From Octopus sinensis (lineage: Eukaryota): 64,000 nt of DNA. The notes under the pieces are model-generated. The model had not been told where the DNA came from and did no database searches. It saw only the letters and a program-made list of their open reading frames with translations. Made by a program: the position numbers and the translations under genes. This document shows positions 50,095-63,095 of the stretch, piece by piece; the stretch's first letter is position 1; every line of letters begins with the position of its first letter. The stretch lies in NCBI RefSeq assembly GCF_006345805.1, contig NC_043019.1, positions 22,257,360 through 22,321,359 on the forward strand. Direction: 5' to 3'.

Positions 50095-50403
50095 CTTACG
50101 TATGTATGTATGTATGTATGTATGTATGTATGTATGTATGCATGCATGTATGTATGTATGTATGTATGTATGTATGTATGTATGTATGTATGTATGTATG
50201 TATATATGTATGTATGTATGCATGTATGTATGTATGTATGTATGTATGTATGTATGTATGTATGCTTGCATGCATGTATGTATGTATGTATCTATGTATG
50301 CATGCATGCATATATTTATCTATCTATCTGTCTGTCTGTCTTTCTGCCTGTAGATCTGTCTGTCTGCCTCTCTACCTGTCAGTTTATCTATCTATCTACC
50401 TAC

Positions 50404-50479
<76 letters not shown>

Positions 50480-50481
50480 AG

Positions 50482-50542
<61 letters not shown>

Positions 50543-50600
50543 AGTCTATCTATCTATCTGTCTGTCTGTCTGTCTGTCTGTCTATTTATCTATCTATCTG
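50095..50600. repeat. (TATG)n followed by (TCTA)/(TCTG)n
   Basis: Direct reading. Confidence 0.93.
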
Positions 50601-51338
50601 CCTGTCTACCCATCTTTCTCTTAATTTACCATTGCTTTCTGTTTATTCTCCTCCTCCTCACCACCACCACCACCTCAAGCAATCATAATAGCCAGTTCAA
50701 CAATCAATTTGTGTTCTTCCCTTTTTCTTCTTTTTTTTTTATCACATTTCTGTTGAACTGTAAATTATAACGTAATTGCAAACTTTGATCTTATAAACAG
50801 TGGGTCTGATAGTCTGGACTCTCTCTTTCCCTCTCTCTCTCTCTCTCTCCTCTCTCTCTCCTCGCTCCATCCCTCTCTCTCTTTCCCTCTCTCTCTCTCC
50901 TCTCGCTCCATCCCTCTCTCTCGCTCCGTCCCTCTCTCTCTTTCCCTCTCTCTCTCGCTCCGTCCCTCTCTGTCCCTCTCTTAGTACCTGTGTGTCTGTC
51001 TCATTCCATACTTCCACCTCCCTCTCCCCCCTCTCTCCCTCCTCTCTGTCTCCTTCTCTCTGTTTCTCATCTTCATGTCATCCTCTCTGTCAATCAACCT
51101 TTCTCTGTATCTTAATCTTTCATCTCTCTGTTTTTCTCCACCCCTTTCTCTCTCTCTCTCTCTGTATGCAAGCATTTATTCTTTCTTTCTTTCTTTCTTC
51201 CTCTTTTCAACAAGATTTCATATTTTAAAAAAAATTCATTTTTCACTAGTTTACCTGGTGTGTAATACAGGTGAGTTGAGCTAATAATAATGCTTTATGA
51301 CATGTATAAATGTATGTGTATGTGCATGCACACACACA

Positions 51339-51378
<40 letters not shown>

Positions 51379-51509
51379 ACACATACACCACACACACACA
51401 CACGTATGTATGTATATAGCCACTAGGACCCTTTGTGTGTGAGCAGGTACCCACATATTATGTATATATACTCCAACATACCCACATATATATTACATAA
51501 ATACATATG

Positions 51510-51863
51510 TAATATTATTACAAATTTGGGATTTTACCAATAGAACCGCAGCTCCTATTTCAGGATAACCTTATTGTATGGAATACACATAAAAAGTTAT
51601 ATCCAATAAAATAATATAAGCATTTAAAAAAACCTGCTAGAAAATGCAATAAAATTATTTGAAAAAATATTTGAAAAAAATATATATAACTTAGTAAGTT
51701 ATAAATATTTTTCAAATAATTTTATTGTATTTTATAGCAGGTTTTTAAAATGTTTATATTATTTTATTGGATGTAACTTTTTAAGTGTATTCCACGCAAT
51801 AAGGTTATCCGGAAATAGGAGTTGCGGTTCTATTGGTAAAATCCCAAATTTGTAATAATATTA
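51510..51863. mobile_element. Fold-back MITE, almost entirely palindromic (~354 bp)
   Basis: taatattattacaaatttgggattttaccaatagaaccgc ... gcggttctattggtaaaatcccaaatttgtaataatatta; centre tataactt-agt-aagttata. Confidence 0.88.
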
Positions 51864-51977
51864 TAAATGATACTGTTTACACTGCATTAGTAAATTGTAA
51901 AATAGTAAATGTTCTGATAACCTGGAATGCTTGTATTTCCTAAGATTTTTATAAATACATGTATGTTTGGATTAACT

Positions 51978-52044
<67 letters not shown>

Positions 52045-52055
52045 ATATATATATA

Positions 52056-52133
<78 letters not shown>

Positions 52134-52294
52134 TATATAATATATACACACACACACACACATATAGTATATATATATATAATACACACACACATATATA
52201 TATATATTATATAATATATTAATATATATATATAGAATATATATACACATACATATATGCATATATGTACACACATATACAGGTAGTATAGGGA

Positions 52295-52337
<43 letters not shown>

Positions 52338-53417
52338 GCACCACCATGCACATATATGTATACATACATACATACATACATACATACACACACACATACA
52401 CTTACATATATTTACTTACATATGTATACATATTTATATATATATATATGTATATATTTAATCTCAGATGTTAAAAGATGATGATGATGATAATATATAT
52501 ATAGATATACATACATATATATATGTATGCACATACGTACATATATATAATATATATATTATATATATATGCACATATGTACATATATATAATATATATA
52601 TACATACATATATGTATATGTATATATCTATATATATATATATATGTATATGTATGTATATATGTATGTATATATATACTCTCACACGCATACATGCAAG
52701 CACACGAACACACACCATAAGATGAAGAAAAAGTAGAGAAATTTTTCTGCCTGTTCGCTCCACACTTTCTTTTCTGTTTTGTTATATGTCTCTCTTTCTG
52801 TCTTTCTTTCTATCTCTTCCCATCTCTCTCTCTCTCTCACTCCCCCCCGCTCTGTCAAACCTTTCTTTACAAACTCTCTCTCTAATTATATCAGAATATC
52901 TGTGACCAGAAACGGAATTAGTGCTGTAGTTGGTTTTCAGAAAAGTAATAACAAAAGTATTGCTCCTAGAGCATCTTGCATCATCCCTCCGTACACTCTG
53001 TACATAGCCTCTTCACATGCTAGAAATAGCAGTCAATTGATTTACTATTCTGAGGGTGGAAAAAAGAAAGATTCATTATTTCTCATAGACTGAGATGTAA
53101 AAAAAAAAAAAAAAATCTTTCATTGCCCCAGCATGGCCGCAGTCTTCAGGCTAAAACATTTTAAAGGATTTTAAGGATTTAAATTTTATCAATTGCTGAT
53201 ATTGTTATTGTTGCTATTGTCATTTAACCCTTTAGCATTCAAACTGGTCACATCCAGTCCAAATATTCTACCTGTTTTATGTTTAAACCAGCCAGATCTG
53301 GTCCCTTACATTTTACCCCATAATATCATTCTAAAAATATGCAATCGCACCACCAAAATCTCAAAGCAATGAGAAAGTGCATGATTAATTAAAAACAGTG
53401 GGATTAAATAAGCCTTA

Positions 53418-53807
53418 TCTTTATATATAAAAGTAAGGTTGTGTGTCTGTCTACTCCGATTTAGATTCCTAACTACTCCCACATTTTGCGGTGCAGTTTA
53501 ACCAAAACCGGGTATCTTATAGTCGTGATTCATATCGAGCCCTTCTGGGTATTAGCGCATGTCTACGATGAGTCTATGATTTAAAAAATAATTTACCATC
53601 ATTTTTTTCCATTTTAATGCATATTTTTTTAAAGGGAAGTAGCTCTCTAAAAATGTCTACGATGAGTCAACGATTTAAAAAAAAATTTACCATCTTATTT
53701 TTTCCATTTTTAATGCATTTTTTTGCTACTTTTTGGCTATAACTCTCTAAAAATGCTTTATAGTTATTTCCCTTACAAACCCAAGCAACGCCGGGCGATA
53801 CTGCTAG
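53418..53807 (+). mobile_element. Non-autonomous Helitron-like element with an internal ~100-bp duplication
   Basis: A|TCtttatatataaaa ... cccaagcaacgccgggcgatactgCTAG|T. Confidence 0.85.
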
Positions 53808-54038
53808 TAGTTGATAAAGTAATCTCACTACCAAAGGGTTAAATCAAGGTGGCTGATTAACATAATCAGTAGAGCAACAGGTTTAATAGTCTGGTTCTGT
53901 TTTCTTTTATGTTTTGAGTCCAAATACTTCTAATGACAACTTTATCTTTCATAAGTGGAATGGGGTGAATAGGTGGGGGTCAGTTTACTTGACTCCCCTC
54001 CTCCTCTACCACCTCCATCACCATCAGAAAAATTTTCG

Positions 54039-54900
54039 TTAATTTTGTTATCAATTAATATTAATTGATGCTTGTATCATTGTTGTTGTTGCTGTCAACT
54101 GATATGCAACAGTGAAGATGTCCTCTAAGGTTTTATACTCATAATGAATATCTCTAGACTTTACTATTCTAGGGAACAAAACTGGCCAACAGTACCAGTA
54201 AATTTTACACACTCTGGTGAACATGTACCTGTATATTTTATATTCCCAGAGAACCCATATACTTTTATACTCCTGGTGAACCCATATATTTCAGACCAAT
54301 GCTTCCCAACCAGGGTCCATCTAAGATTTTATCCTCTGCAATAAATTGGTTATACTTCTACAATGCACAAAATATTTTAATTAATTTTGTTATCAATTAA
54401 TATTAATTTCTTTATTGATGCTTGTATCATTGTTGTTGTTGTTGCTGTCAACCGATATGCAACAGTGAAGATGTCCTGTAAGGTTTTATACTCATAATGA
54501 ATATCTCTAAACTTTACTATTCTAGTGAACAAAACTGGCCAATGTACCAGTAAATTTTATACTCTCTGGTGAACATGTACCGGTAAATTTTATATTCCCA
54601 GAGAACCCATATACTTTTATACTCCTGGTGAACCCATATATTTCAGACCAATGCTTCCCAACCAGGCTCCATCTAAGATTTTATTGAGATTCGCCAACAC
54701 TACACTTGATTTTCTCCCCTCCATACACACACAAGCATGTATCTGACTCATACATTGTTCGCTTTCCAGACATTTCTACATTACTGCATGTACTTTATAT
54801 GCACTTTCTGACAAGTTGTGGTGCATCTGAGCACTGTATACAATAATTTCATTATTATTATTAAATTGGTTATACTGCTACAATGCACAAAATATTTTAA
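54039..54900. repeat. ~342-bp tandem duplication; copy 2 interrupted by a CR1 3' UTR piece (about 54685-54862)
   Basis: ttaattttgttatcaattaatattaa at 54039 and 54381. The insert ends gtggtgcatctgagcactgtatacaataatttcattattatta, like the tail of the 63.1-kb CR1. Confidence 0.8.
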
Positions 54901-55081
54901 TAATTATTTTTATACAATTTCTAATAATATTTGATTATAAAAATACACTAATGATTTTCTTCAAACACTGAATGGTCAGGAGGGTTCATTCACATTATAT
55001 AGGAATCAAAGGGTCCATAGTCAAAAAATGGTTGAGAAATACTGTTTTAGATTGACAAGGAACATGCGTACTTTACTCCTT

Positions 55082-55497
55082 AAGTGAACATTTATGTTTA
55101 TATTCCCAGTGAACATGTAAATTCTATACTCCTGGTGAACATGCATATTCCGTACTCCCTGTGAAAATGTATACTGTATAATCCCAGTGAACATGTATAT
55201 TATATATTCCTAGTGAACATATTTATTTTATACTCTCAATGAACATATATATTTTATATCCCCAGTGAACATATATATTTTATACCCCTAGTGAACATGT
55301 ACGTTCCCAGTGAACATGTATATTGTATATTTCCAGTGATCATATAGATTTTATACTTCTAGGGAACATATGTTGTACATTCCCTGTGAACCTGTATAAT
55401 AAATATTTCCTGTGAACATGTATATTTTATACTCCCACTGAACATGTATATTTTATGCTCTCAGTGAACATACACATATTTTATATTTCTGGTGAAC
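55082..55497. repeat. Degenerate ~26-bp minisatellite (cccagtgaacatgtatattttatact)
   Basis: Roughly 16 diverged units; related units lie inside the 342-bp duplication. Confidence 0.85.
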
Positions 55498-55500
55498 AAA

Positions 55501-55875
55501 TAGGCGCAGGAGTGGCTGTGCGGTAAGTAGCTTGCTTACCAACTGCATGGTTCTGGGTTCAGTCCCACTGCATGGCACCTTGGGCAAGTGTCTTCTACTA
55601 TAGCCTCGGGCTGACCAAAGCCTTGCGAGTGGATTTGGTAGACGGAAACTGAAAGAAGCCTGTCGTATATATGTATATATATATATGTGTGTGTGTGTCT
55701 GTGTTTGTCCCCCAACATCGCTTGACAACCAAAAAAGAGACCGATAGAATAAGTACTAGGCTTCCAACGAATAAATCCTGGGGTCGATTTGCTCGACTAA
55801 AGGCAGTGCTCCAGCATGGCCGCAGTCAAATGACTGAAACAAGTAAAAGAGTAAAGAGTAAAGAGTAAAGAGTAA
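55501..55875 (+). mobile_element. SINE family A with an internal deletion
   Basis: aggcgcaggagtggctgtgcggtaag...; lacks the gatgctggtgtgtttacgtccccg segment; (AAAGAGT)4 tail. Confidence 0.88.
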
Positions 55876-56089
55876 ATAAATATTGTGACCACTTTGACCT
55901 TTAATTAAATGATTCCCTGCTTATAAAATAAAATGAAATAAAATAATTATTAGGAGCCAACAAAACTAGTGGTGTTCTACCTGAGGAAAGCCATTTCATA
56001 TTGTTTTACAAACTGAGATAAATGTGTGTAATATAGGGAAATGAAAGTATAGATGATACTCCTTCTGTTATAGGGAGACAGTGAGGTAA

Positions 56090-56529
56090 TCTCTCTCTAT
56101 ATAAACGGCAGTTTGTCTGTCTGTGTGTCTGTGTGTCTGTCAGGTTGTACCCTCACCCTGACCACGGCTTTCAACTGATTCTGATGAAACTTGACACACA
56201 TATAGCCCAATGTCATAATTCAAAACTAACGTAGCGAAAATTTTGAAAAGTTCCCCCAGTTCTGAAAAAAATCGATAAATTCGACATGGGGTCGAGAATC
56301 TAAGCTTTTTATATGCAACACATTTTCTGTCTAGGGGACACAATTCGACCTTTTTATCACCCAAAGGGACAGCTAGGAACATCGTATACACAGAAGTATT
56401 CGAGTGAAGAGAAGACATTGCAACCTACACATGAACCTTTGTTCCCTAGAGGGAAAGGACTAGATTGGGATTAGTCGTTGCCTACTAGGGGCTCTTACAT
56501 ACCCGGGCAATGCCGGGCTATGCTGCTAG
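56090..56529 (+). mobile_element. Non-autonomous Helitron-like element, second family
   Basis: A|TCtctctctatataaa ... CCCGGgcaatgCCGGGctatgctgCTAG|T. Confidence 0.8.
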
Positions 56530-56814
56530 TGTATACATACAAAAAAAGAGAAAGCAACAAACGAAACAAGCCTTCCTTTTTTACTCTCTGATGGAAAACT
56601 TGGTAAATAGAATTTCCCCTAGCATACAAAATTATTGAAGGCTGTGTAATAAGAAGCTTGCTTACCGACACCATGGTTCTGGGTTCAGTCTCTCTGCATG
56701 ACACTTTGGGCAAGTGTCTTCTTCTATAGCCTTAGCCAGACCAAAGCCTTGTGAGTGGATTTGGTAGATGGAAACCGAAAGAAGTGTCTTCTGCTGTAGA
56801 CTCGGGCTGACCAA

Positions 56815-56878
<64 letters not shown>

Positions 56879-57077
56879 CAAATATTTACACATTTGGATA
56901 CTCTCACTCACCCACACTCACACACACTCACTCACACACACTCACTCACACACACTCACTCACACACATTCTCATTCACACACACACACACTCTCATTCA
57001 CACACATTCTCCCTCACACAAGCACTCTCACTCAAGCACCCTTCTCTGAATTTACTGGTACCAAAATTTGAAACCAA

Positions 57078-57145
<68 letters not shown>

Positions 57146-57283
57146 TTTGTTTTTTCCTTCTTTCTTCAAATTTTCTTCCGAGTGTTTTGTATAGAAAACA
57201 CTCGGCGAGAAACGGAAGAAAAATTTGCAAATTTGAATCCAACATTATTATTATTATTATTATTATCATTATTATTATTATTA

Positions 57284-57332
<49 letters not shown>

Positions 57333-57370
57333 TATTATTATTATTATTATCATCATCATCATTATTATTA

Positions 57371-57408
<38 letters not shown>

Positions 57409-57467
57409 TTATTATTATCATCATCATCATCATCATTATTATTGTCGTTATTATAGATCTCCTTGAC

Positions 57468-57549
57468 ATGTTGTTTACAAACCGGAAAAGTGGGCCAGAT
57501 TTCCTGCTATGGCCATTGATTCCTTTGTTATTGGTCATGTCACAGACAG
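57468..57549 (+). CDS. Gene 2 coding exon 1: signal peptide of a secreted or type I membrane protein
   Basis: MLFTNRKSGPDFLLWPLIPLLLVMSQT(V): basic n-region then hydrophobic core. Strong phase-1 donor ACAG|GTGAGT joins in frame to exon 60991. A possible acceptor ttatag at 57456 suggests an upstream UTR exon. Confidence 0.75.
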
Positions 57550-57660
57550 GTGAGTTTTCTTGGCATACATACTTCTTTCTGACTTCATTGTCTTCATCAC
57601 CATCACCATCACCATCCATCCATCCATCCATTATCATTATTCTCATCATTACCACACATA

Positions 57661-58087
57661 TAGGCGCAGGAGTGGCTGTGTGGTAAGTAGCTTGCTAACC
57701 AACCACATGGTTCCGGGTTCAGTCCCACTGCGTGGCATCTTGGGCAAGTGTCTTCTGCTATAGCCCCGGGCCGATCAATGCCTTGTGAGTGGATTTGGTA
57801 GACGGAAACTGAAAGAAGCCCGTCGTATATATGTATATATATATATATATATATATAAGTGTGTGTGTATATGTTTGTGTGTCTGTGTTTGTCCCCCTAG
57901 CATTGCTTGACAACCGATGCTGGTGTGTTTACATCCCCGTCACTTAGCGGTTCGGCAAAAGAGACCGATAAAATAAGTACTCGGTTTACAAAGAATAAGT
58001 CCCGGGGTCGTTTGCTCGATTAAAGGCGGTGCTCCAGCATGGCTGCAGTCAAATGACTGAAACAAGTAAAAGAGTAAAGAGTAAAGA
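57661..58087 (+). mobile_element. SINE family A, full length (gene 2 intron)
   Basis: aggcgcaggagtggctgtgtgg...aagtaaaagagtaaagagtaaagagta. Confidence 0.92.
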
Positions 58088-58436
58088 GTATATGCATGCA
58101 TGAACAGTGCTGACACAGAAGACCAGCAGTGGCACATGCATACCATCATCCTCTCCTCTCCATGCTGCCAATATTATCCAAGATAAAAAAAAAACAAAGG
58201 CTGATACAGCTTGGACCCATGTGACACCACAACTCATTTCTACAGCTAGGTGAACTGGAGGAACATGTAATAAAGTGTTTTGCTCAAGAACACAACACAC
58301 AACCCGGTCTGGGAAATGAACTCACTACCTCATGATTGTGGTGATTGTAAGCCTGATGCTCTAACCACTGAGCCATGCACCTTCACATACTACAGATATA
58401 ACTGCCATGTAAAACGGCCATTTCTACAATCAATAA

Positions 58437-59037
58437 CCTATTTCTTTACTGCCCACTAGGAGCTAAACACAGAGAGGACAAACAAGGACAGACAAATGGA
58501 TTAAGTCGATTATATCGACCCCAGTTCATAACTGGTACTTAATTTATCGACCCCGAAAGGATGAAAGGCAAAGTCGACCTTGGCGGAATTTGAACTCAGA
58601 ACGTAACAGCAGACGAAATACCTATTTCTTTACCACCCACAAGGGGCTAAACACAGAGGGGACAAACAAGGACACACAAATGGATTAAGTCGATTATATC
58701 GACCCCAGTTCATAACTGGTACTTAATTTATCGACCCCGAAAGGATGAAAGGCAAAGTCGACCTTGGCGGAATTTGAACTCAGAACGTAACAGCAGACGA
58801 AATACCTATTTCTTTACCACCCACAAGGGGCTAAACACAGAGGGGACAAACAAGGACAGACAAATGGATTAAGTCGATTATATCGACCCCAGTTCATAAC
58901 TGGTACTTAATTTATCAACCCCCAAAAGATGAAAGGCAAAGTTGACCTCGGCGGAGTTGGAACTCAGAACGTAACGGCAGACGAAATACCGCTAAGCATT
59001 TGGCCTGGCGTGCTAACGTTTCTGCCAGCTCGCCGGC
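58437..59037 (-). mobile_element. SINE family C with one head and three tandem 184-bp bodies inside one TSD
   Basis: Units start at 58437, 58621 and 58805; TSD tctacaatcaataacct at 58423-58439 and 59038-59054. Confidence 0.92.
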
Positions 59038-59282
59038 TCTACAATCAATAACCTGCTAGCTTCATGTTGTTGTGGGCGCCAACCATTATCACATGACATG
59101 ACCAAAGCTGACTAATAATGACTTAGACCAGTGGTTCTCAACTGGTTTTTACTTGTTGAACCCTTTTGTTTACTATCTTACTCTGGTGGATGACCACAAC
59201 CATTCAATGTTGAAAAACTAATTCTATAGATACTTCCTTCGAAATTCCTATTTTGCTATTCACTATTCACCACTTGCATATA

Positions 59283-59497
59283 CTCTTTTATTTGTTTCAG
59301 TCTTTTGACTGCGGCCATGCTGGAGCACCGCCTTTAGTCGAGCAAATCGACCCCAGGACTTATTCGTTGGAAGCCTAGTACTTATTCTATCGGTCTCTCT
59401 TGCCGAACCGCTTAGTTACGGGGACGTAAGCACACCACCATCAGTTGTCAAGCGATGTTGTGGGGACAAACACAGACACACAAACACACACACACAC

Positions 59498-59548
<51 letters not shown>

Positions 59549-59712
59549 GATGGGCTTCTTTCAGTTTCCGTCTACCAAATCCACTCACAAGGCTTTGGTC
59601 GGCCCGAGGCTATAGTAGAAGACACTTGCCCAAGGTGTCATGCAGTGGGACTGAACCCGGAACCATGTGGTTCATAAGCAAGCTGCTTACCACACAGCCA
59701 CTCCTACACCTG
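59283..59712 (-). mobile_element. SINE family A, full length, inverted relative to 57661-58087
   Basis: tctttta..tgtttcagtc..ttgactgcggccatgctgg...cacacagccactcctacacct. Confidence 0.9.
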
Positions 59713-60600
59713 AACTATATATGTCGAACTATATAAAACATCAGAGAAAGAAACCTTGCAATACATACATTTAAATCAGAGCCTTCAGTCGGTCTCTTTA
59801 GCTGAACCACTAAGTAAACATACCAACACCATGAGTCAAGTAGTGATGGGGAACAGACACAAATACAAAGACACACGCACGCATGTGCCATCCCCCCACA
59901 CAAATATATATATGATGGGCTTTTATGATGATGATAATGATGAGGAGGAGGAGGTTGGTGATGAGGGTGATGATGTTGACGGCGATGATGATGGAGATGA
60001 TGATGGTGATGATGATGATGATGATTGTGGTGATGGAGGTGATGATGAAGGTGGTGATGCTGCCACTGCTGTTGTTGTTGTTAAGCAACAAGATGGGTAA
60101 GGGTGATTAGGTGATGGTCTAGGGCTTAGGGGCGGGAGACCCCAGACCTTGGGAAAAAAACCCAACTTTGGTCGTCTTGTTGTAGTCGAGGGCTCTTCGT
60201 TGACGCCTGACACCACTGGGAGGTGGCCCTCGAAGTCGCTGGAAATGGAGATCTCCAGGTCCAAATTCTTGAATGGCTGCTGCTGCTGCTGCTGATGATG
60301 GTGGTGATGATGATGGTGGTGGTGATGATGGTGGTGGTGATGATGGTGGTGGTGGTGGTGATGATGGTGGTGGTGATGGTGACAACGTTGATCACAACAA
60401 TGACAATGATGGTCTTGGCGATGAAAACAGGTGATAGTAATGACTCTGACAATGGTGGTGACAGTGATGATGACAACGATGACGAAGAGACGACGATGAT
60501 GAGGATAGTGATGACAGGTATCAACAACAATGACAACAATATCAACAACAATGACAACGACAACAACAAAATTGAATGTTACCAATAAATGGAAACAAAA

Positions 60601-60821
60601 TACAAAGGGGTGTTGAAAAATTTCTGGGTTTGGGTAAAAGAAAATACAGGAGGATCCTTTGATTATGATTTTGTCCAATGTTTTCCTCTCTCAGATTCAC
60701 ACACTTATAGCAGTGGTCCTTCAGTTTTTCTAAGCCCTGTAAAAGAACTCAAAAAGTTGGGCCTCCAATCAGGCCTTTCTTTATACCCTTAAAGCCAAGA
60801 ACTTTTCAGTGTCCCTTTGTA
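60601..60821. mobile_element. mariner-type MITE
   Basis: TAcaaaggggtgttgaaaaatttctgggttt ... aaagccaagaacttttcagtgtccctttgTA, imperfect ~30-bp TIRs. Confidence 0.75.
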
Positions 60822-60990
60822 AATCTATGTCAAATGCCTTCTCTTCCTCACCTTTCCCATCTTCACCCTCCCCTCTCTTCTCTTCTCCCACCTGTCTCCT
60901 CTGCTCTCCCTCCCACTCTCCTTCCCTCTCCCCATTCTCTCTTTCTTTCTCTCCCTTTCTCTCAATCTCTTCCTTTCTGTATAATTTCAG

Positions 60991-61221
60991 TGACGGGTAA
61001 CACCTGTGGAACTAGTTCTACGTTGGGTATCACCAAACCATTTGAAGCACACATAGAGGGAACTTTCACCGACAAAAGCACCAGCATCTTAATAAAGGAA
61101 TATTTCCAACCGACTGGAAGTGTAGATAATGTTGAATTAGGTGCTGTTGTCCAGACATTCAATGGTGAAAAGATACAAGCCATATTGAACTACACGAGCA
61201 GTGAGCTTTTCTACATTGCAG
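60991..61221 (+). CDS. Gene 2 coding exon 2 (LolA/ependymin-like domain, tentative)
   Basis: Long pyrimidine tract then ataatttcag; donor GCAG|GTACAT. 231 nt, phase 1-1, stop-free, high complexity: TGNTCGTSSTLGITKPFEAHIEGTFTDKSTSILIKEYFQPTGSVDNVELGAVVQTFNGEKIQAILNYTSSELFYIA. Family call is from recalled resemblance only. Confidence 0.8.
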
Positions 61222-62561
61222 GTACATGTATGGTTCATAAAACTGTGTAACAAAATTTTTTTGTCTTTAGTTAGTAAGTGTTACTTCCTGCTTGCTTCTA
61301 TCTAGATATCAAAGGAACTAACTACTATTCACTTGGAACTTTGCTTTTCTCACCTGGACATCAATGTTTTGAAACTGACCTATTTTCCATTACATTTCAG
61401 ACAGATTCAGTGCTGAAGTTGTTGAAGCAAAAATATCTTTATAGCAAATATTCTGCTCAATACCATAGATTTGCTTGTCAGTTGCTTGACCTTAACCACT
61501 TGAGCATATCCCTTAGTGTCTGACGGTATGTGTATCTCTTATCGTGAGCAGGAATAGTTGGGGAGGATCATAGCCATGTGTTGAGAGGGATTCTTTGTGG
61601 TTTGAGTAAATGTAACAAAAGCAAAGTTTGAAGGAAATAGATATTTTTCATACTTTCTAAAGGTAAGCAAATAGGAAACAAGAGTTGCTATCCAAGGACA
61701 AAAATCATGTTATGCAGCATCATATAAATACCAGTAATGAAAGCACATGACTTACTGGTTTGGGTGTTGGGCTCACGAGCATTAGGTTGGTGGTTCAATT
61801 CTTAATTTTGGCGGTATGTTGTGTCTTCGGACAGAATACTTTATTCCACAATGTTTTAATCTACTTAGCTAAAAATGAGTAGTGAACATAGCTAGGGTGG
61901 AAGGTATTGTGCATATTCCACTAGTAAAGACATGTGGCTTATGAGCATTTGATCATAGGTTCAATTCTTCAGCCAGGTGATGCATTTAGTTCTTGAGCAA
62001 GGCATTTCATTTCACATAACTTTGGTTTTCTCATCCGAAAATGCATCGCCAACAATAACTATTGCTGGGGTTAACCCAACTGCAATGGGGTGGTATGTCA
62101 TTCAAGGGATGTACTTACTGTTGCTTACTCCCCATGAAAACTGGGATGAGTTCCAGCATAATTGGCCTGTAGACTTGAAGCAGATTTTAACTTTTAATTA
62201 ATACAGAAAAATATATGGTCCAATATGTCGTATTGTATTTTTAAGAAAATATAATGTGATTTGAGGATAATTTGACAGCTATTTCTAGCACAAAGATTTC
62301 CTTATATTGAAACTTGAACTATACTTGGTTGTTGGTGTTTAGCCCTAAGTCAGCCCTGATCAGCGATCTATGTTGAAAACCTTTCTTGCTATGGCCATGT
62401 TATACGAAGAACTACATTGTCCAGCATATATTTTATTTAAGATAGGATGTGATTTGAGGGAGATCTAGCTGTTGTTTCTGACATGTGAAGTAACCCAGTG
62501 GAAGTTCCTTTGTTGAACATGAAGATTAATCAACAAATAGCTGGGATCCTAATTTCTATAC

Positions 62562-62970
62562 ACAGGAGTGGCTGTGTGGTAAGTAGCTTGCTAACCAACC
62601 ACATGGCTCCGGGTTCAGTCCCACTGCGTGGCACCTTGGGCAAGTGTCTTCTACTATAGCTTTGGGCCAACCAAAGCCTTGTGAGTGGATTGGTAGATGG
62701 AAACTGAAAGAAACCTGTCGTATATATGTATATATATATGTATGTGTGTATATGTTTGTGTGTCTGTGTTTGTCCCCCCAACATCGCTTGACAACCGATG
62801 CTGGTGTGTTTACGTCCCCGTAACTTAGCGGTTCGGCAAAAGAGACCAATAGAATAAGTACTAGGCTTACAAAGAATAAGTCTTGAGGTCGATTTGCTCG
62901 ACTAAAGGTGGTGCTCCAGCATGGCTGCAGTCAAATGATTGAAACAAGTAAAAGAGTAAAAGAGTAAAAG
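62562..62970 (+). mobile_element. SINE family A, full length
   Basis: caggagtggctgtgtggtaagtag...aagtaaaagagtaaaagagtaaaagag. Confidence 0.9.
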
Positions 62971-63095
62971 AGAGTAACGAAAGGGTTAACGTGTCATCAC
63001 AATGGTGGAAGATTTTAATTCAATACTTATGAAAGTAAGACATTTGTACTACAGAGCCAGGGGCGGTTTTGGCTGGGTTGGTATCAAAAGGGTTA

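Noticed and set aside
59756-60100. Acidic D/G-rich ORF as an exon of gene 2
   Set aside because: It is a GAT/GGT microsatellite; exon 57468-57549 joins 60991 in frame without it.
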